Notes: a model not told the origin generated them from the letters alone. Numbered from the stretch's first letter, positions 12,368-26,315 are shown. The stretch is DNA of 64,000 nt from Eledone cirrhosa (GCA_964016885.1 OZ024740.1:26350001-26414000), one strand, 5' to 3'. Numbers and translations: made by a program.

Positions 12368-12699
12368 ATGTTATCCACCTCCTTAGTGATTTTTATTATA
12401 TATTTTTACCCATAAACCCATAATCTTCCAATACTTTAGTGTATGTACACTCCATATTCTTCGGAGTTTTCGGCTTGTATTGGCCGATAGTACTTCTTGT
12501 GGTTTTGATTGCCCTGATGAGTCCTTAATAGGACGAAACATTGTTGGCTAATAAAAACTTTTGATGTATTGAAGGCTTCTTTGTTTTATTTTCATAATTC
12601 TTCGGCTCTGTTTAATTACATTAAGCTATACCTTTTACTGTCATTTCTATAATACGAAGAGGGTGTTTAACTCCAACACGCTCCAGTATTTTAATCCTT
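12368..12699 (+). repeat. 3' pseudo-LTR of PLE-1
   Basis: Direct repeat of 7774-8096. It ends at a (TA)n tract. Confidence 0.92.
12507..12552 (+). ncRNA. Type I minimal hammerhead ribozyme motif (3' pseudo-LTR)
   Basis: gattgcc CTGATGA gtcct taat aggac GAAAC att GTT ggctaat. The catalytic core is intact and the predicted cleavage triplet is GUU. Confidence 0.82.
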
Positions 12700-12976
12700 A
12701 TATATATATATATATATATATTGAGTATATGTTGGTTGTTTACCGACACCTTAGTATGCGGATTGGAGCACTCGACGAAGTACTTCGGTTGGTTTGTTTA
12801 CTCCGGAGTAATGTAAAATAATTAAGTCAAATATGTAAAGTTTTGCTTCGTTTATTATAAATTATAGATATACTGCTATATATATATCGGTGACAGTCAT
12901 TATTGGTTGTGACGTCTTCGGGTAGTCTGAATTGCTGTGGTAGGGACGGGTACACATGTTGTTGACGGGTACATGG

Positions 12977-13240
12977 TGTTTTATAAATATTGACATATCC
13001 AGGAAGGAGATCTTAACGGTTCAAGTTTTTCCTGGAAAAAACTTGAACCGTTAAGATCTCCTTCTTGGATATGTCAATATTTACGAAACAAACTTTGTAT
13101 TTTATCTGATGAGAGCGTACCAAAGTTTTGGTACCCTTGACATATATATAATAGAATAAATATCGTCTCATACATATAGATTCCATTTATTAATATCATT
13201 GATATTATACTACAGAAAATCTGTCGAGTGCTTCGAATCA
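12977..13240 (+). mobile_element. Short PLE-like terminal remnant: 55-bp-arm hairpin followed by a degenerate hammerhead motif
   Basis: Near-perfect palindrome 12977-13090. At 13098-13158: tattttat CTGATGA gagcgtaccaaa-g-ttttggtaccctt GACA tatatata atagaata (8-bp stem I, long stem II, GAAA changed to GACA). Confidence 0.6.
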
Positions 13241-14100
13241 GTTATAAATATATATATTTGTTGAATTACCAACAAATTAAATATACCTTTTGCCTATATA
13301 TATATATATATACTCGATCCCATGCAAAAGGCGACGCTAGTATGCTTGATTGTTTCATTTATTCCTTTTTATTCTTTTCTCTAGAACTTCTGATATTTTC
13401 TATGAAAACAAAGCTTTTGCATTGGCCTCTACCGCTGGCTCCCGAAGGGTCCACTTGCCATCAGACAAGCTGACCACCTGGCCAGTCCACCACTGTATAT
13501 ATATATATATATATATATACATATGTGTGTGTGTGTGTGTTAGTGTGTGTGTCAAAATTACACATTGTAGACAGGGCTATATTCACCTTTCTTCCATATA
13601 CGGGGAGATGATGTAGATCGCCTATTTTGCAGGTGACATATAATAGGGGAACAAACTATTTTCTTTACATCACATTATGTATTTCTTATCGATTCATTCT
13701 GACATAACCTTATTTCAAACCAATTCCCTTTAACGATCCCCAATTTATAATAAATACACTGAGTGCCATTGCCTCACTATCTATTGTATTAATTACAACT
13801 ATTTTGTAGTTGGCATTAATCTAAGATTTATGCACTCACTTCAACTCGGTAGGCTGTACTTGAATGTAGGTTTAAATACCTGTTTTGTGTAATATATTTC
13901 TTTTCCTTCTGGTAGCACTCGTTATCAGCAACATTCACAGTATTCAGAACGTTGTATTGTCACTTTCACTGCAAGGAATTTTTATTCATTCATCTTTTGC
14001 CGATTCTATACCTAAGGCATGCGACATTTAATTGATTTTTATTCAAGCATTTTATACATAAATGTTGAAGTAATAACATTATCCTACTAAACCTAATCAG

Positions 14101-14500
14101 ATATGTGTGTATGTAAGATATGTCTGTATGTATGTAAGTATGTTTACATGTATGTATGTATATTTATATATGTAAGTATTGATATATGTACGAATATAAG
14201 CATGTTTCTTTGTGTGTATCTATGTATGTATGTATGTATATATGTGTATGTATATATGTGTATGTATATATGTATGTGTGTATGTATGTATCCATGTGCA
14301 TGTATATATGCATGTGTGTATGTACGGATGTGTGTATGCATTTATTTATGTATGTGTGTATATATGTGCGTGTATATAAGTATGAATGCATGTATGTATG
14401 TTTCTATATATTTATGTATGTATGTATATATGTATGTATGTAAATATGTATGTATGTAGGTGTATGTGTATGTTAGCGTGTATGTGTTTGTATGTATGTT
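14101..14500. repeat. (TATG/TG)n low-complexity tract
   Basis: Directly visible. Confidence 0.9.
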
Positions 14501-14630
14501 AGTAGATAGGTAGAGAGGTAGTTAGGTAAATGCGTTTCGAGATATATGCAACGGCTTATGTGTTCAAATGTTTATTGACTTGTATATTTCTGGTGTAAAC
14601 ATTTAGTGAGTATATACATATATTTATATA

Positions 14631-15121
14631 CTAGCCGAATTACTCGCGCCTTGCTGCGTTTCACACATTTTTTTTTTTTTCTTGTAAGAAAATGATGATT
14701 GATTTTAAATCAGTGATATAATTTGGGGAGAAAAACTCTGCATTTCAATATTACTCAATGTAAAATGTACTGCATGAAAAATTGGAAAACATTATTTTTT
14801 GTAATATATCAAATTAAAATTACATTATTAAATCTTATTCTTATTTTGTTTCTTGTAAATAATTTTTTTTCAAAATATCAATTCAAAACTTTTGTGAATA
14901 GGTATCATATCTTGTCATTTACCTATGGTTTAAATTTCATATAAAACGAAGGGAACAAATTTTAAGCGGCGGTTTGTACCACCGGGGAACACTTTGATTA
15001 AAATGAAATATGCTTATCCCAGTAACATCGGCAATGTAGTTTCAGAATATATACGATTATGGGGGTCTATCTCCCAAACCATAGGAGGAGTTTGTGAACA
15101 AACAAACAGACAGGAACTACA

Positions 15122-15135
<14 letters not shown>
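14631..15135 (-). mobile_element. Possible non-autonomous Helitron
   Basis: The minus strand ends ...cgcagcaaggcgcgagtaattcggCTAG followed by T (decayed GC-rich hairpin plus CTAG). The other end has TGTC/TGTT repeats next to a TA run, an arrangement typical of short invertebrate Helitrons. The 5' TC was not resolved. Confidence 0.5.
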
Positions 15136-15166
<31 letters not shown>

Positions 15167-15170
15167 ATAC

Positions 15171-15303
15171 TTGTTTCTACTGTTGGCACAAGGCCAGCAA
15201 TAACCCAGTGAAATACTGGTACTTTATTTTAAGGATGAAAGGCAAAGTTAACCTCGTTGGGATTTGAACCCAGAACGCTCTACCGATACTGCCAACCCAC
15301 CGC
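15171..15303 (-). mobile_element. tRNA-derived SINE (MetaSINE-like core), internally deleted
   Basis: Minus strand reads gcggtgggttggcagtatcggtagagc...gggttcaaatccc...tttgcctttcatcctt...aagtaccagt. Homologous to the copies at 17691, 32463 and 35065. Confidence 0.8.
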
Positions 15304-15387
15304 ATTTATATATATAGTAATAATAATAAATGTGAAGACTAAAATCCGAAGAGGGCTCGATAAGGATTATATATATATAAATATATA

Positions 15388-15476
15388 TAAAATAACAGAT
15401 TAAAGATTAAGCAAAGAAGATCCCTTTAAGGGTGAAAGTAGCGATCCTTTGCTTAAACTTTACTCTGTTATTTTAA
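15388..15476. repeat. Short imperfect hairpin between TA tracts
   Basis: aaaataacagattaaagattaagcaaag...gatc pairs with gatcctttgcttaaactttactctgttatttt. Confidence 0.65.
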
Positions 15477-15509
15477 TAAATATATATACATCTATCTATA
15501 TACATCTAC

Positions 15510-16490
15510 ATGATGGTTGCAAACTCCTGTACGAGCATTGCCGTCACTCGATAAAATGCTAAAAAATGTGAAGCACGAATGTGGGTCTTTAAACCAGCCA
15601 AAGACTTGCACCCTCTGACACATACATGGCAACTCTAGGCTCATCTGGGACTTTCCATTGCTTTGTTCTGACTGTCTGTTCTCATGTAGCTTTTGAGACC
15701 ACCCATGCTAGTACATCCCTTGCCACAGTCCTTACATCTTTTCAGATCATAATCTACAGGAGGTCTACTGATATGACTTTGTTTATGTCTAATCAAACCA
15801 GCTTTACTCAGGCAGACTTGACCACAGAGCTGGCAGTGGACAGTTCAGAACAGCCTCTTTTCCTTCCCTTCCTTTTCAATGTTAGCTGTTCTCTTCGACG
15901 AGTTTCAAAGTGTTCACTACCTGACATGATCAAACGTCTCCACTTCACACGCTCCTCAGCCATTTCTCCCATTCCTCAGACGAAATTCTAGCACAAACCA
16001 AGGTGCCCCTGACAGAATCCCGGTACCGCATTTTTGGTTTGTGTGGTGGTCGACTTCCTTCACACAGTTCTCCGTAGAGAAGTTGCTTTGGGATCCGATC
16101 ATCAACATCCGGACCACGTGTCCGCACTACCTCTACGGATGCCGAAAGATCATGCTCTCTATAGTCACGCACCTGTTCCGTTCGAGAACTTCGAAATCAC
16201 TGACGAACATTTTCAATCGCATTCAAAGTATCTTACGAAGAGATTGTTGGTGAAACCTCTCCAGTTCCTTGAGGTGCTTTCTGTATGTGACCCACGTTTC
16301 ACAATCATAAAGTAAAGAGGAGACGACACGTGTCAGATAGACTTTCACCTCGGTTTCGATAGTGACACCTCGTCTGGACAATAAGCGTTCATGCAGCCGT
16401 CCAAAAGCATCCCTGGCTTTCTTCATTATTAAGGATATTTCATCAAGTGTGCATGAATTGTTCGACATACTACAAGGTAAAAAAACTTCA
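15510..16490 (-). mobile_element. RTE-clade LINE 3' fragment (degenerate RT C-terminus)
   Basis: Minus-strand peptides KARDAFGRLHERL..RGV...KVY...SSLLYDCETWVTYRKHLKELERFHQQSLRKIL and DDRIPKQLLYGELCEGSRP...RYRD, plus a terminal C2H2-like CRGCKSLAGLKTHIR. Contains frameshifts and stops. Confidence 0.9.
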
Positions 16491-16545
16491 CATCATCTTT
16501 TAACCTCTGTGTGTAGTGTATTCTTTTCCAGGTGCTGGTTGATGC

Positions 16546-16615
<70 letters not shown>

Positions 16616-16617
<2 letters not shown>

Positions 16618-16672
16618 CTTCCTGATAGTTTCTCCCGAATGAAACTGAAACAGTTCTAGTCCTGTAGAAGCC
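16616..16672 (+). ncRNA. Degenerate type I hammerhead-like motif in a 145-bp insert between TA tracts
   Basis: Stem I ggcttc/gaagcc, stem II agtttc/gaaact, GAAAC, stem III acag/ctgt and a GUA triplet. The core reads CTGAT and lacks the following GA, so it is probably inactive. Confidence 0.6.
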
Positions 16673-16787
16673 ATTCTATATTATATATCTATATTCTGCT
16701 ATGTATTGAGCACCTTAATTACTGTGGTTTCCCCCGATTGAACCCGGGATAAACCCTCTCTGTATATATATATATACACACACCACA

Positions 16788-16818
<31 letters not shown>

Positions 16819-16901
16819 CTCACATATATATATATATATATACGTGTATATATATACATACATAAATACATCTACATACATCTACATATATATCAAATAA
16901 T

Positions 16902-17175
16902 GGAGGCATGTGGCCTAGTGGTAGGAATTACGATCATGTCGTGGGTTCAATTCCTGGGTTGCGTGCTGTGTTTTTGGTCAAAGCACTTCATTTCCCGTTG
17001 CTACTGTATACTCAGCTGAAAATGAGTACCAGCCACAACTGGGGGTTTAACCCTGCGATGGTCTGGCGTCCTGTCGAGAGTTGAGTTTTGTACTGTCAGT
17101 CGCTTCACGCCCTGAAAGTGGGATAAACCACCGGTCAAAAGAGCCTTCTGGCTTAAGATTTACTTTATACTTTAG
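16902..17175 (+). mobile_element. tRNA-derived SINE with V-domain-like core
   Basis: A box TGGCCTAGTGG, B box GGTTCAATTCC, core aaccctgcgatggtctggcgtcctgtc...gtcgcttcacgccctgaaagtgggataa, and a tttac/ttta-type tail. Confidence 0.75.
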
Positions 17176-17690
17176 ACATATATATATATAAGCATGCAGC
17201 TTTTCTGTACGAAGATTAAGATATTTATACTTCTATATGTAAAACCTGTATTCATTCTCTGTAAAGATGTGACATTCTACATCTAACATTCTTAACAGTT
17301 ATAAAATCATAATCCGTTTCCTCTTGCCAAGAACAGGTGATGCGTCAATGGTGTCTCCATTGTAGCGTGAACTACAAACAACATCGAATAAATCAAAACG
17401 AAACTGAATTCTTCCATTTTAATAAAACAATGACACACTGGATAATATAGTATATTAAATTTAACAAGATGGATGTTCACAGTCTTCTGGCTTTGACATC
17501 ATTGTGTCAATGATGTGGTATATGCTGACAGTTCAACACCCTTCATATCTGGTTTAGATCCATATTTCTGTTGACTTAGTTGATAATCTCTCTTAGTTTT
17601 CCTAACAACAGCGCAGTCGGGATACTTTTATACGAGTATCGCAAGACAAATCTAATTAGAATGTATACACAAGGAAAACATTATAGTTTA

Positions 17691-17855
17691 GGGCGGTGGA
17701 TTGACAGTATCGGTAGAGGGTCGGACGTCATGCTTTATGGTCTGAGTTCAAATCCCACCGAAGTTAACTTTGTCTTTCATCCTTACGGGGTCGATATAAT
17801 AAAGTACTAGTATTACACTGGGATAATTGCTGTCCTTGTGCCAAAAGTTGAAACA
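17691..17855 (+). mobile_element. tRNA-derived SINE (MetaSINE-like core)
   Basis: gagttcaaatcccaccgaagttaactttgtctttcatccttacggggtcgata...aagtactagt. Homologous to the copies at 15171 and 35065. Confidence 0.8.
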
Positions 17856-18696
17856 TTTACAATTTTAAGATTTTTGTTACTTTAAATTTCAGTGCTAATT
17901 ACAATGTACTTTATACATTTTATAGGAATTAATTATTCATGTTACACTTGTATATTTCCACGTATCAAAGCTGTAAAATGTGTGACACTTCGAGAGACGC
18001 AGTTTACGTATTTGAGATCTAACCACTGCAAATTCGCTACCTTGATATCTACGGGCCTATTGGGGGTGTGGGACCCGAGCTTCATGGGATATTACATTTG
18101 TGAAGTCTGTGTCTATCTTTATATGTTTATATATTTCTTTATGTAGTTTTCTAATTTTATGGCCAAGCTGCAGCATTCGACTTAAAAATTGATGACATGT
18201 GTGTTCCATTGTCTGTGTATGTCCAGTTAGTAGTTACATTAGTTAGAATATTGTTTTAAAGATGGACATGTATGAGCGACACATTGAATCGATAATTTCT
18301 ACAGTTTTTGTCTTGTGTATGTTTATGCCTAGAGTGATCATTTCTTTCTCTTTTTGTGTGTATATTTCTCTGTATTGTAATTGGTCTCCAATGAAAGATC
18401 ATGGTAATGCTAATCCCACTGAGAGGGACGAGCAAAATCAAGATTGGTTTATCTAAATACACTGATAAGTCTTCAAGAAATATAGTACTGTTAGTGATAG
18501 CAATGACATTGAAAATAAGTGAAAAGAATATAATTATTGTTGGTGGTTAGCTAGAGATAAGAATGTGATAATTTGGTCTGTTAACTGCGCACATTCTCAT
18601 ACGAGGCTTTAGGTGCATTGGTATGTCTGTAAGAAAACCAACGTATTTCTTTTAAATAATATTACAGGTCTATGTAAAGAACAAATGTTGTAGTTC

Positions 18697-18697
<1 letters not shown>

Positions 18698-18743
<46 letters not shown>

Positions 18744-18829
18744 ATATTAGTAGTAGTAGTAGCAGTAGTAGCATCAGCAGCAGCAGCAGTAGTAGTAGTA
18801 GTAGCAGTAGTAGTAGGAGTAGCAGTAGT

Positions 18830-18902
<73 letters not shown>

Positions 18903-18997
18903 ATAGTAGTAGTAGTAGCAGTAGTAGCAGCTGCAGCAGCAGTAGTAGTATTAGTAGCAGTAGTAGTAGTAGTAGCAGTAGTAACAGCAGCAGCAGC

Positions 18998-19063
<66 letters not shown>

Positions 19064-19078
19064 CGTAGTAGTAGTAGA
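18698..19078. repeat. (GTA)n/(GCA)n compound trinucleotide repeat
   Basis: Directly visible. It gives the poly-Thr and poly-Val ORFs. Confidence 0.95.
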
Positions 19079-19896
19079 TTTTGACACAGTTTGAAGTCAA
19101 ATGCTACAACTTCCTGGAATGTATATGATTAAAATGTCAAACGGATGAAAGTGTTATTATCTTTATCAATTCGTTATATTATATCTGAAACACAAAGAAC
19201 GACTCCAAGCAAGCGATGCAGTACCACCTGCAAGGCAAAATAACAATATAGAAAACAGTATACATCACCTGAAAGATTATGGACTGTAAAAAACAAATTT
19301 CGACATATATCATCAACAATTTTTTTGAAATGCACTGCTTACCCTAAAAGAAAAAGAAACAAAGAAAAAAAATAGAAAAAAAACAAGAAAAACAAAGCGA
19401 AGATTTTCGTGAGCTCCGACAATATAATCATATGACATTTTGTTAGAATTTTTTCTTTCAGAGGCAATATTTCTAGCTTTTACCTAAAGAATATCAGACA
19501 CGCATAATGATTTCTATTGAATCTTTAAACAATTTATGTCGATATGTTATCAAATAATTTCCTTAAATATTGACACAGTTCGTCACTACCAAAACAGTTG
19601 GTTTAATCGGTAACGTGAAATTTAATAATCTATATAAATACGTAAGAGTTATATGGTTTATATACAGAAATAAACAGTAAAAAGACGGAGAAATTATTAG
19701 AAATTTGATATAACAGTATAAAGTAGTAAGATATATATAAATATAGAGTAGTAAAATAGGTAAAATTAAATAATTGTATCATATACTCCAATATAGAATT
19801 GTAAATTATAATCATACATTACAGAACTGTACATACATATAGGGTAAAAGTCCATTCAAAAATATATAGTTATATAGTTATATAGTTATATAGTTA

Positions 19897-20318
19897 TATA
19901 AACGTTTGAAGTTAGAAGGCCAGAACAATGCCGGTATGGATATAGAATATAAATACAGATGCAAAAGATGTTGCTGACAATTAGTCTTTTACCTTAAATT
20001 TATTTGAATATTCTTATATTTCGAGATAATATCTCTTCTTCAGAGGGAAGTAAAGAGCTTAATCCAGTTTTCTAATTAGCTTGCCTAGTCATGACTTTGC
20101 AAGCTAATTAAAACACAGGATTAACCCCTTTACTTCCCTCTGAAGAAGAGATATTATCTCGAAATATAAGGATATTCAAATAAATTTAAGGTAAAAGACT
20201 AATTGTCAGCAACATCTTTTGCATCTGTATTTATATTCTATATCCATACCTACATTGTTCTGGCCTTCTAACTTCAAACGTTTATACCTCACTACGCTAT
20301 TCTTCAAGTAAACTACAA
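19897..20318. mobile_element. About 390-bp near-perfect palindrome with a hammerhead-like motif in each arm; probable truncated and inverted PLE terminus
   Basis: Arms 19897-20084 and 20099-20286. Plus-strand motif 20135-20172: ccct CTGAAGA a gagat-att-atctc GAAA tata agg, mirrored at 20011-20049 on the minus strand. Flanked by (TATAGTTA)n-type repeats. Confidence 0.75.
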
Positions 20319-20820
20319 TATAGTTATATATTTATATAGTTATATATACTTATATAGTTATATATTTTAAAATCGTGGGAGTTCAGTTTTCACAGCATCA
20401 ATAACAAATCGTGTATAAATAAGACAGTGATAACAACAATAATAGAAGGTAGTAAAGTAGGAAATGTGCATGGTAGGTATATATAACATGATGAATAATA
20501 TTAGGGCTATATTGAGATGTTCATAATAATAATAATAATAATAAGAATAATAAGATGAAAGTAAGATTTCAAGGGTGTAGGAGTAATAAGATAATGTACT
20601 TAGAATTAGGTTCATCTGTTAGAGATCGTGAGTGCTAATGAGAGATATGAATCCTTGGTCCGAAGTAGTGGGTAACAGCAAAGGTAGGATTGATTTATGG
20701 GCTGATAAGATAGTTGTAGAGATATTCCATTGGGATAGAATTAGGGAGGCTATAAGCTATTTCTAGAAGAGTAGAGTTCCCTATAGCTTACAAAACCGCA
20801 ATGTGAAAGCTGCACAGAGT

Positions 20821-21033
20821 AATACACCAAACTGCAACTGCCACCTACCGGATAAGTGCCCATTAGCGAATAGGTGCCTTGATTCGGGCCTAGTGTACAT
20901 GTGTACTATAAACTCGGGCAACTCCACTTGCCACTACATTTGAGCCACCGTGGGTGCTTTTATAAAAAGATGGTATGTGCACAGACATTCAATGAAGAAC
21001 CGTGCATTGATAAATTCTACAACGCTGCCTTAT
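20821..21033 (+). pseudogene. PLE GIY-YIG endonuclease fragment related to PLE-1
   Basis: The frame from 20821 translates NTPNCNCHLPDKCPLANRCLDSGLVYMCTINSGNSTCHYI*ATVGAFIKRWYVHRHSMKNRALINSTTL, colinear with PLE-1 CNCRVSANCPLNGNCL...YIGST...STSL. Confidence 0.85.
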
Positions 21034-21164
21034 GTATGTTCTTCATTTCACCCTCCCATGGAAAAGACTCGTTATAAACAAAGTATTGGAGATGAAAGAA
21101 ACATTTGTTAGCAATGTGAATACAGCCCTTATTGTATAGCCAACCATGTCAATCTTCTTTCTTT

Positions 21165-23210
<2,046 letters not shown>

Positions 23211-23493
23211 AGGCATTCATAAATGGATATGTTTGTACGTATACATGGAGTTTGCTCACAAAATTGACTGCAGATGAACACAATAGCTGCAGAATCACGA
23301 ACGCTGCACATAAACGGAATAGATGCAGATAAACATAAAAGGCAAAATTAGCACATAAATATAAAATCTATTTAAATACCACAATTACTGTTGAACCCTA
23401 TCACTAGATATAAAAACAGAATGCTTTCTCGTAAGCCCATATTTCAGAGGCGTACATACGTTATATAAGTCTTTGTTACGGTTTGAGTGGGTG

Positions 23494-23789
<296 letters not shown>

Positions 23790-26086
23790 GTTTCTGTGGG
23801 TATGTAGGTATATCGACATGCAGATATATGATAGTTTGAATGAAAGTGTGTATATATATAGGTAAATGTGTGATCTAGCTGTGTGTATAGGCTTGTTGGT
23901 ATATTTGCCTCGGTATAGCTATATTTATATCCATACGAATGTGTGGACTGGTGGTGGAGGCAATTATGCCATATGCATGCAGGAATGTGGAATGTGTAGG
24001 CATATATATATATACTTACATACATACTTACATACATACATACATACATATATGTCTGTGTTTGTGTGTGTGTCCGCGCGTACGTGTATGTGTGTGTGTG
24101 TGTATATTTGTATGTATGTGTGTCTCTGTCGGTGTCAGTGTGTGTTTAAATTTGTCATGTAACTGACAACACCGAAGCGGGGAATTTGGTGTGTTGGATA
24201 TAAAATGTGCTGTTGACGGTTGAAATGTTATTGCCCTGTCAGAGATTGAAAATTGAATATCCTTCCAACTGCTGGATTAAGTGGGGTTACTGTTAGGGAT
24301 TATGGATTTAGGGTCAAGGATTAGTGTTGTTGTTAAGGATTAGGGGCCTCGGTTGAGGAGTGAATGGTATCATGGTGTTATATGTCCATATACATGTCTT
24401 TGGTGTAGATTTGATTGTCCTGGCTGTATTGGCTGTCGTTACTGGCTTTACTTTTATTGTTTGTTATATGTCAAGTTGTCTTTGTTCTGGGTGATATTGT
24501 TTCTCAAGTTGATGATATTGTTTTGTCGATCAGGAATGCGTTCATCTCTTTTTCTGTGTTCTCAGTTTTTTTTATGATGTTCATATTGCTGTTTTATCGT
24601 TCACGTTGCTACTGTCGTTGTCGTTTTCATTATTTATTTCAATTCGTTGATGTCATCTTTGCTTCTTTTCTAACCTTTTCCGAGTAACTTCTCAGTGAAA
24701 TGAAATATAATCGATGCTATTCCAGACGTGATCATACCGTTTGACTTTCTTATAGTAAAACAATGTCCTTCATTTTGTATGGCTGTAATATGTAACTCTA
24801 GAACGGTTTGGTAGCTCTTGTTTTAGCTTTTGCCCTACATCATCCGGTATCGAGCTGAAATCTAATCAAACGGATTCCAGTGGAGTCCATGGGGCTCTTC
24901 TATTTTTATATTTTAAACAATGAGCTATCGTGTGAAGGTGATTTGTGGTCGCTAAACAAACTGTTAGATCCGCCCCAGTGAAAGGTACATCACTGATTCG
25001 TGAATATACATAGATTAGTATATATGTATATGTGTTTCTGTCTGCATGTATATATGTATGTGAATGCGTGTATGTGTGTGCTTGTGGTATAATAGAGAAA
25101 TACTTTGCGAGGTGTCACATTGAGTAGAATCTGATTTAGATATGATGATGGTCATATTTTTATTGGTAACTATATTTATGATAATATTCATTGTATCATG
25201 GTGAGGTTGTGGTTATTATCGATAATTCTAATAAAGAGATGGTGACTGACTGCCTGTTGTTGGTTAGCTTCATCGTTGAATATAGCATTTCATATTTAAT
25301 TACAATAGAGGATGATTTATGGCAGATACAGCTGGTAAATCTGTTGTTTGTGTTGCTGCTGATAGCCAGGATTGTAGTGGTAGATGTGCTGGTGGAGGTA
25401 ATGCTGGAATAGAAATATGCCGATGTTTTAAATGTTTTGGGAGTTGGTACCTTTCATGGTGGCATTGTGGTTGAAGAGATATCTATCTAACGCATGTTGC
25501 GTTCACCTATCGGTACCCATACCTAGCTCCATATAAGTTATACACTTTATAAATACAAAGTAAATGATAAACGTTTCTGTCAATTTGAAAGCCGTGTCTG
25601 ACTTGACATAAACTGGTAGAAATAGACCATCAACTCCAGGATCCACTCCAATACAAAATTAGCTTACATTTTGTAGTAGAGGGAAATACTCCTTTTGATC
25701 GCGCTGGCAATGTCAGAGCTACCATAACACGAGCTTATGAAAGTTGGCATGGTGCTTCGTAGATACCAAACTCATAGTGTTGGTTTCTCTAATAGTCAAT
25801 GGAGAATACGTTCTTTCAATCTTTCAATGATTCATGCCTTGTTTCTCATCTTAGATTAATACCCAAAGAAGGTTTGGGCGCCCTAAAATTAAATATTGGC
25901 ACTGTACCACCTCATCAAACCATAACATAGCGACTTAATAAGCCAGAGATCACTAATGGAGTCACAGACTTTTAAAAACGGTGGTGCCTCAGCATTGCTG
26001 ATGGAGAATATTTATAATAGGTAGCTGAAATATTAAGGTATATTTAAACATTGATAGGCTTTTAATTTCTAGCTAATCACAAAAGT

Positions 26087-26089
<3 letters not shown>

Positions 26090-26135
<46 letters not shown>

Positions 26136-26142
26136 TATATAA

Positions 26143-26191
<49 letters not shown>

Positions 26192-26221
26192 CATATATAA
26201 ATGTATAGATATAGATATTAA

Positions 26222-26267
<46 letters not shown>

Positions 26268-26280
26268 TATTAATATATTC

Positions 26281-26315
<35 letters not shown>

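Larger units (their letters stand above)
7171..12699 (+). mobile_element. Penelope-like retroelement (PLE-1), near full length, with pseudo-LTRs and an inverted 5' copy, inserted in (TA)n
   Basis: Direct repeats 7774-8096 and 12368-12699. Segment 7171-7773 is the reverse complement of about 11965-12595. An RT + GIY-YIG coding region lies between the repeats, and (TA)n flanks both sides. Confidence 0.93.

Noticed and set aside
12725-12775. YVG...RHLSMRI-like endonuclease motif
   Set aside because: It needs two frameshifts and overlaps a short inverted repeat of the neighbouring remnant, so it could be chance.
16902-16960. tRNA gene
   Set aside because: It has A and B boxes but no full cloverleaf, and it continues into a SINE body and tail.
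18662-19094. Poly-Thr and poly-Val ORFs as CDS
   Set aside because: Trinucleotide microsatellite. An in-frame stop lies just upstream of the Thr frame and no consistent splice phase was found.
24170-24690. Strand-biased segment resembling the 3' end of a retroelement on the minus strand
   Set aside because: Compositional impression only, with no diagnostic motif.
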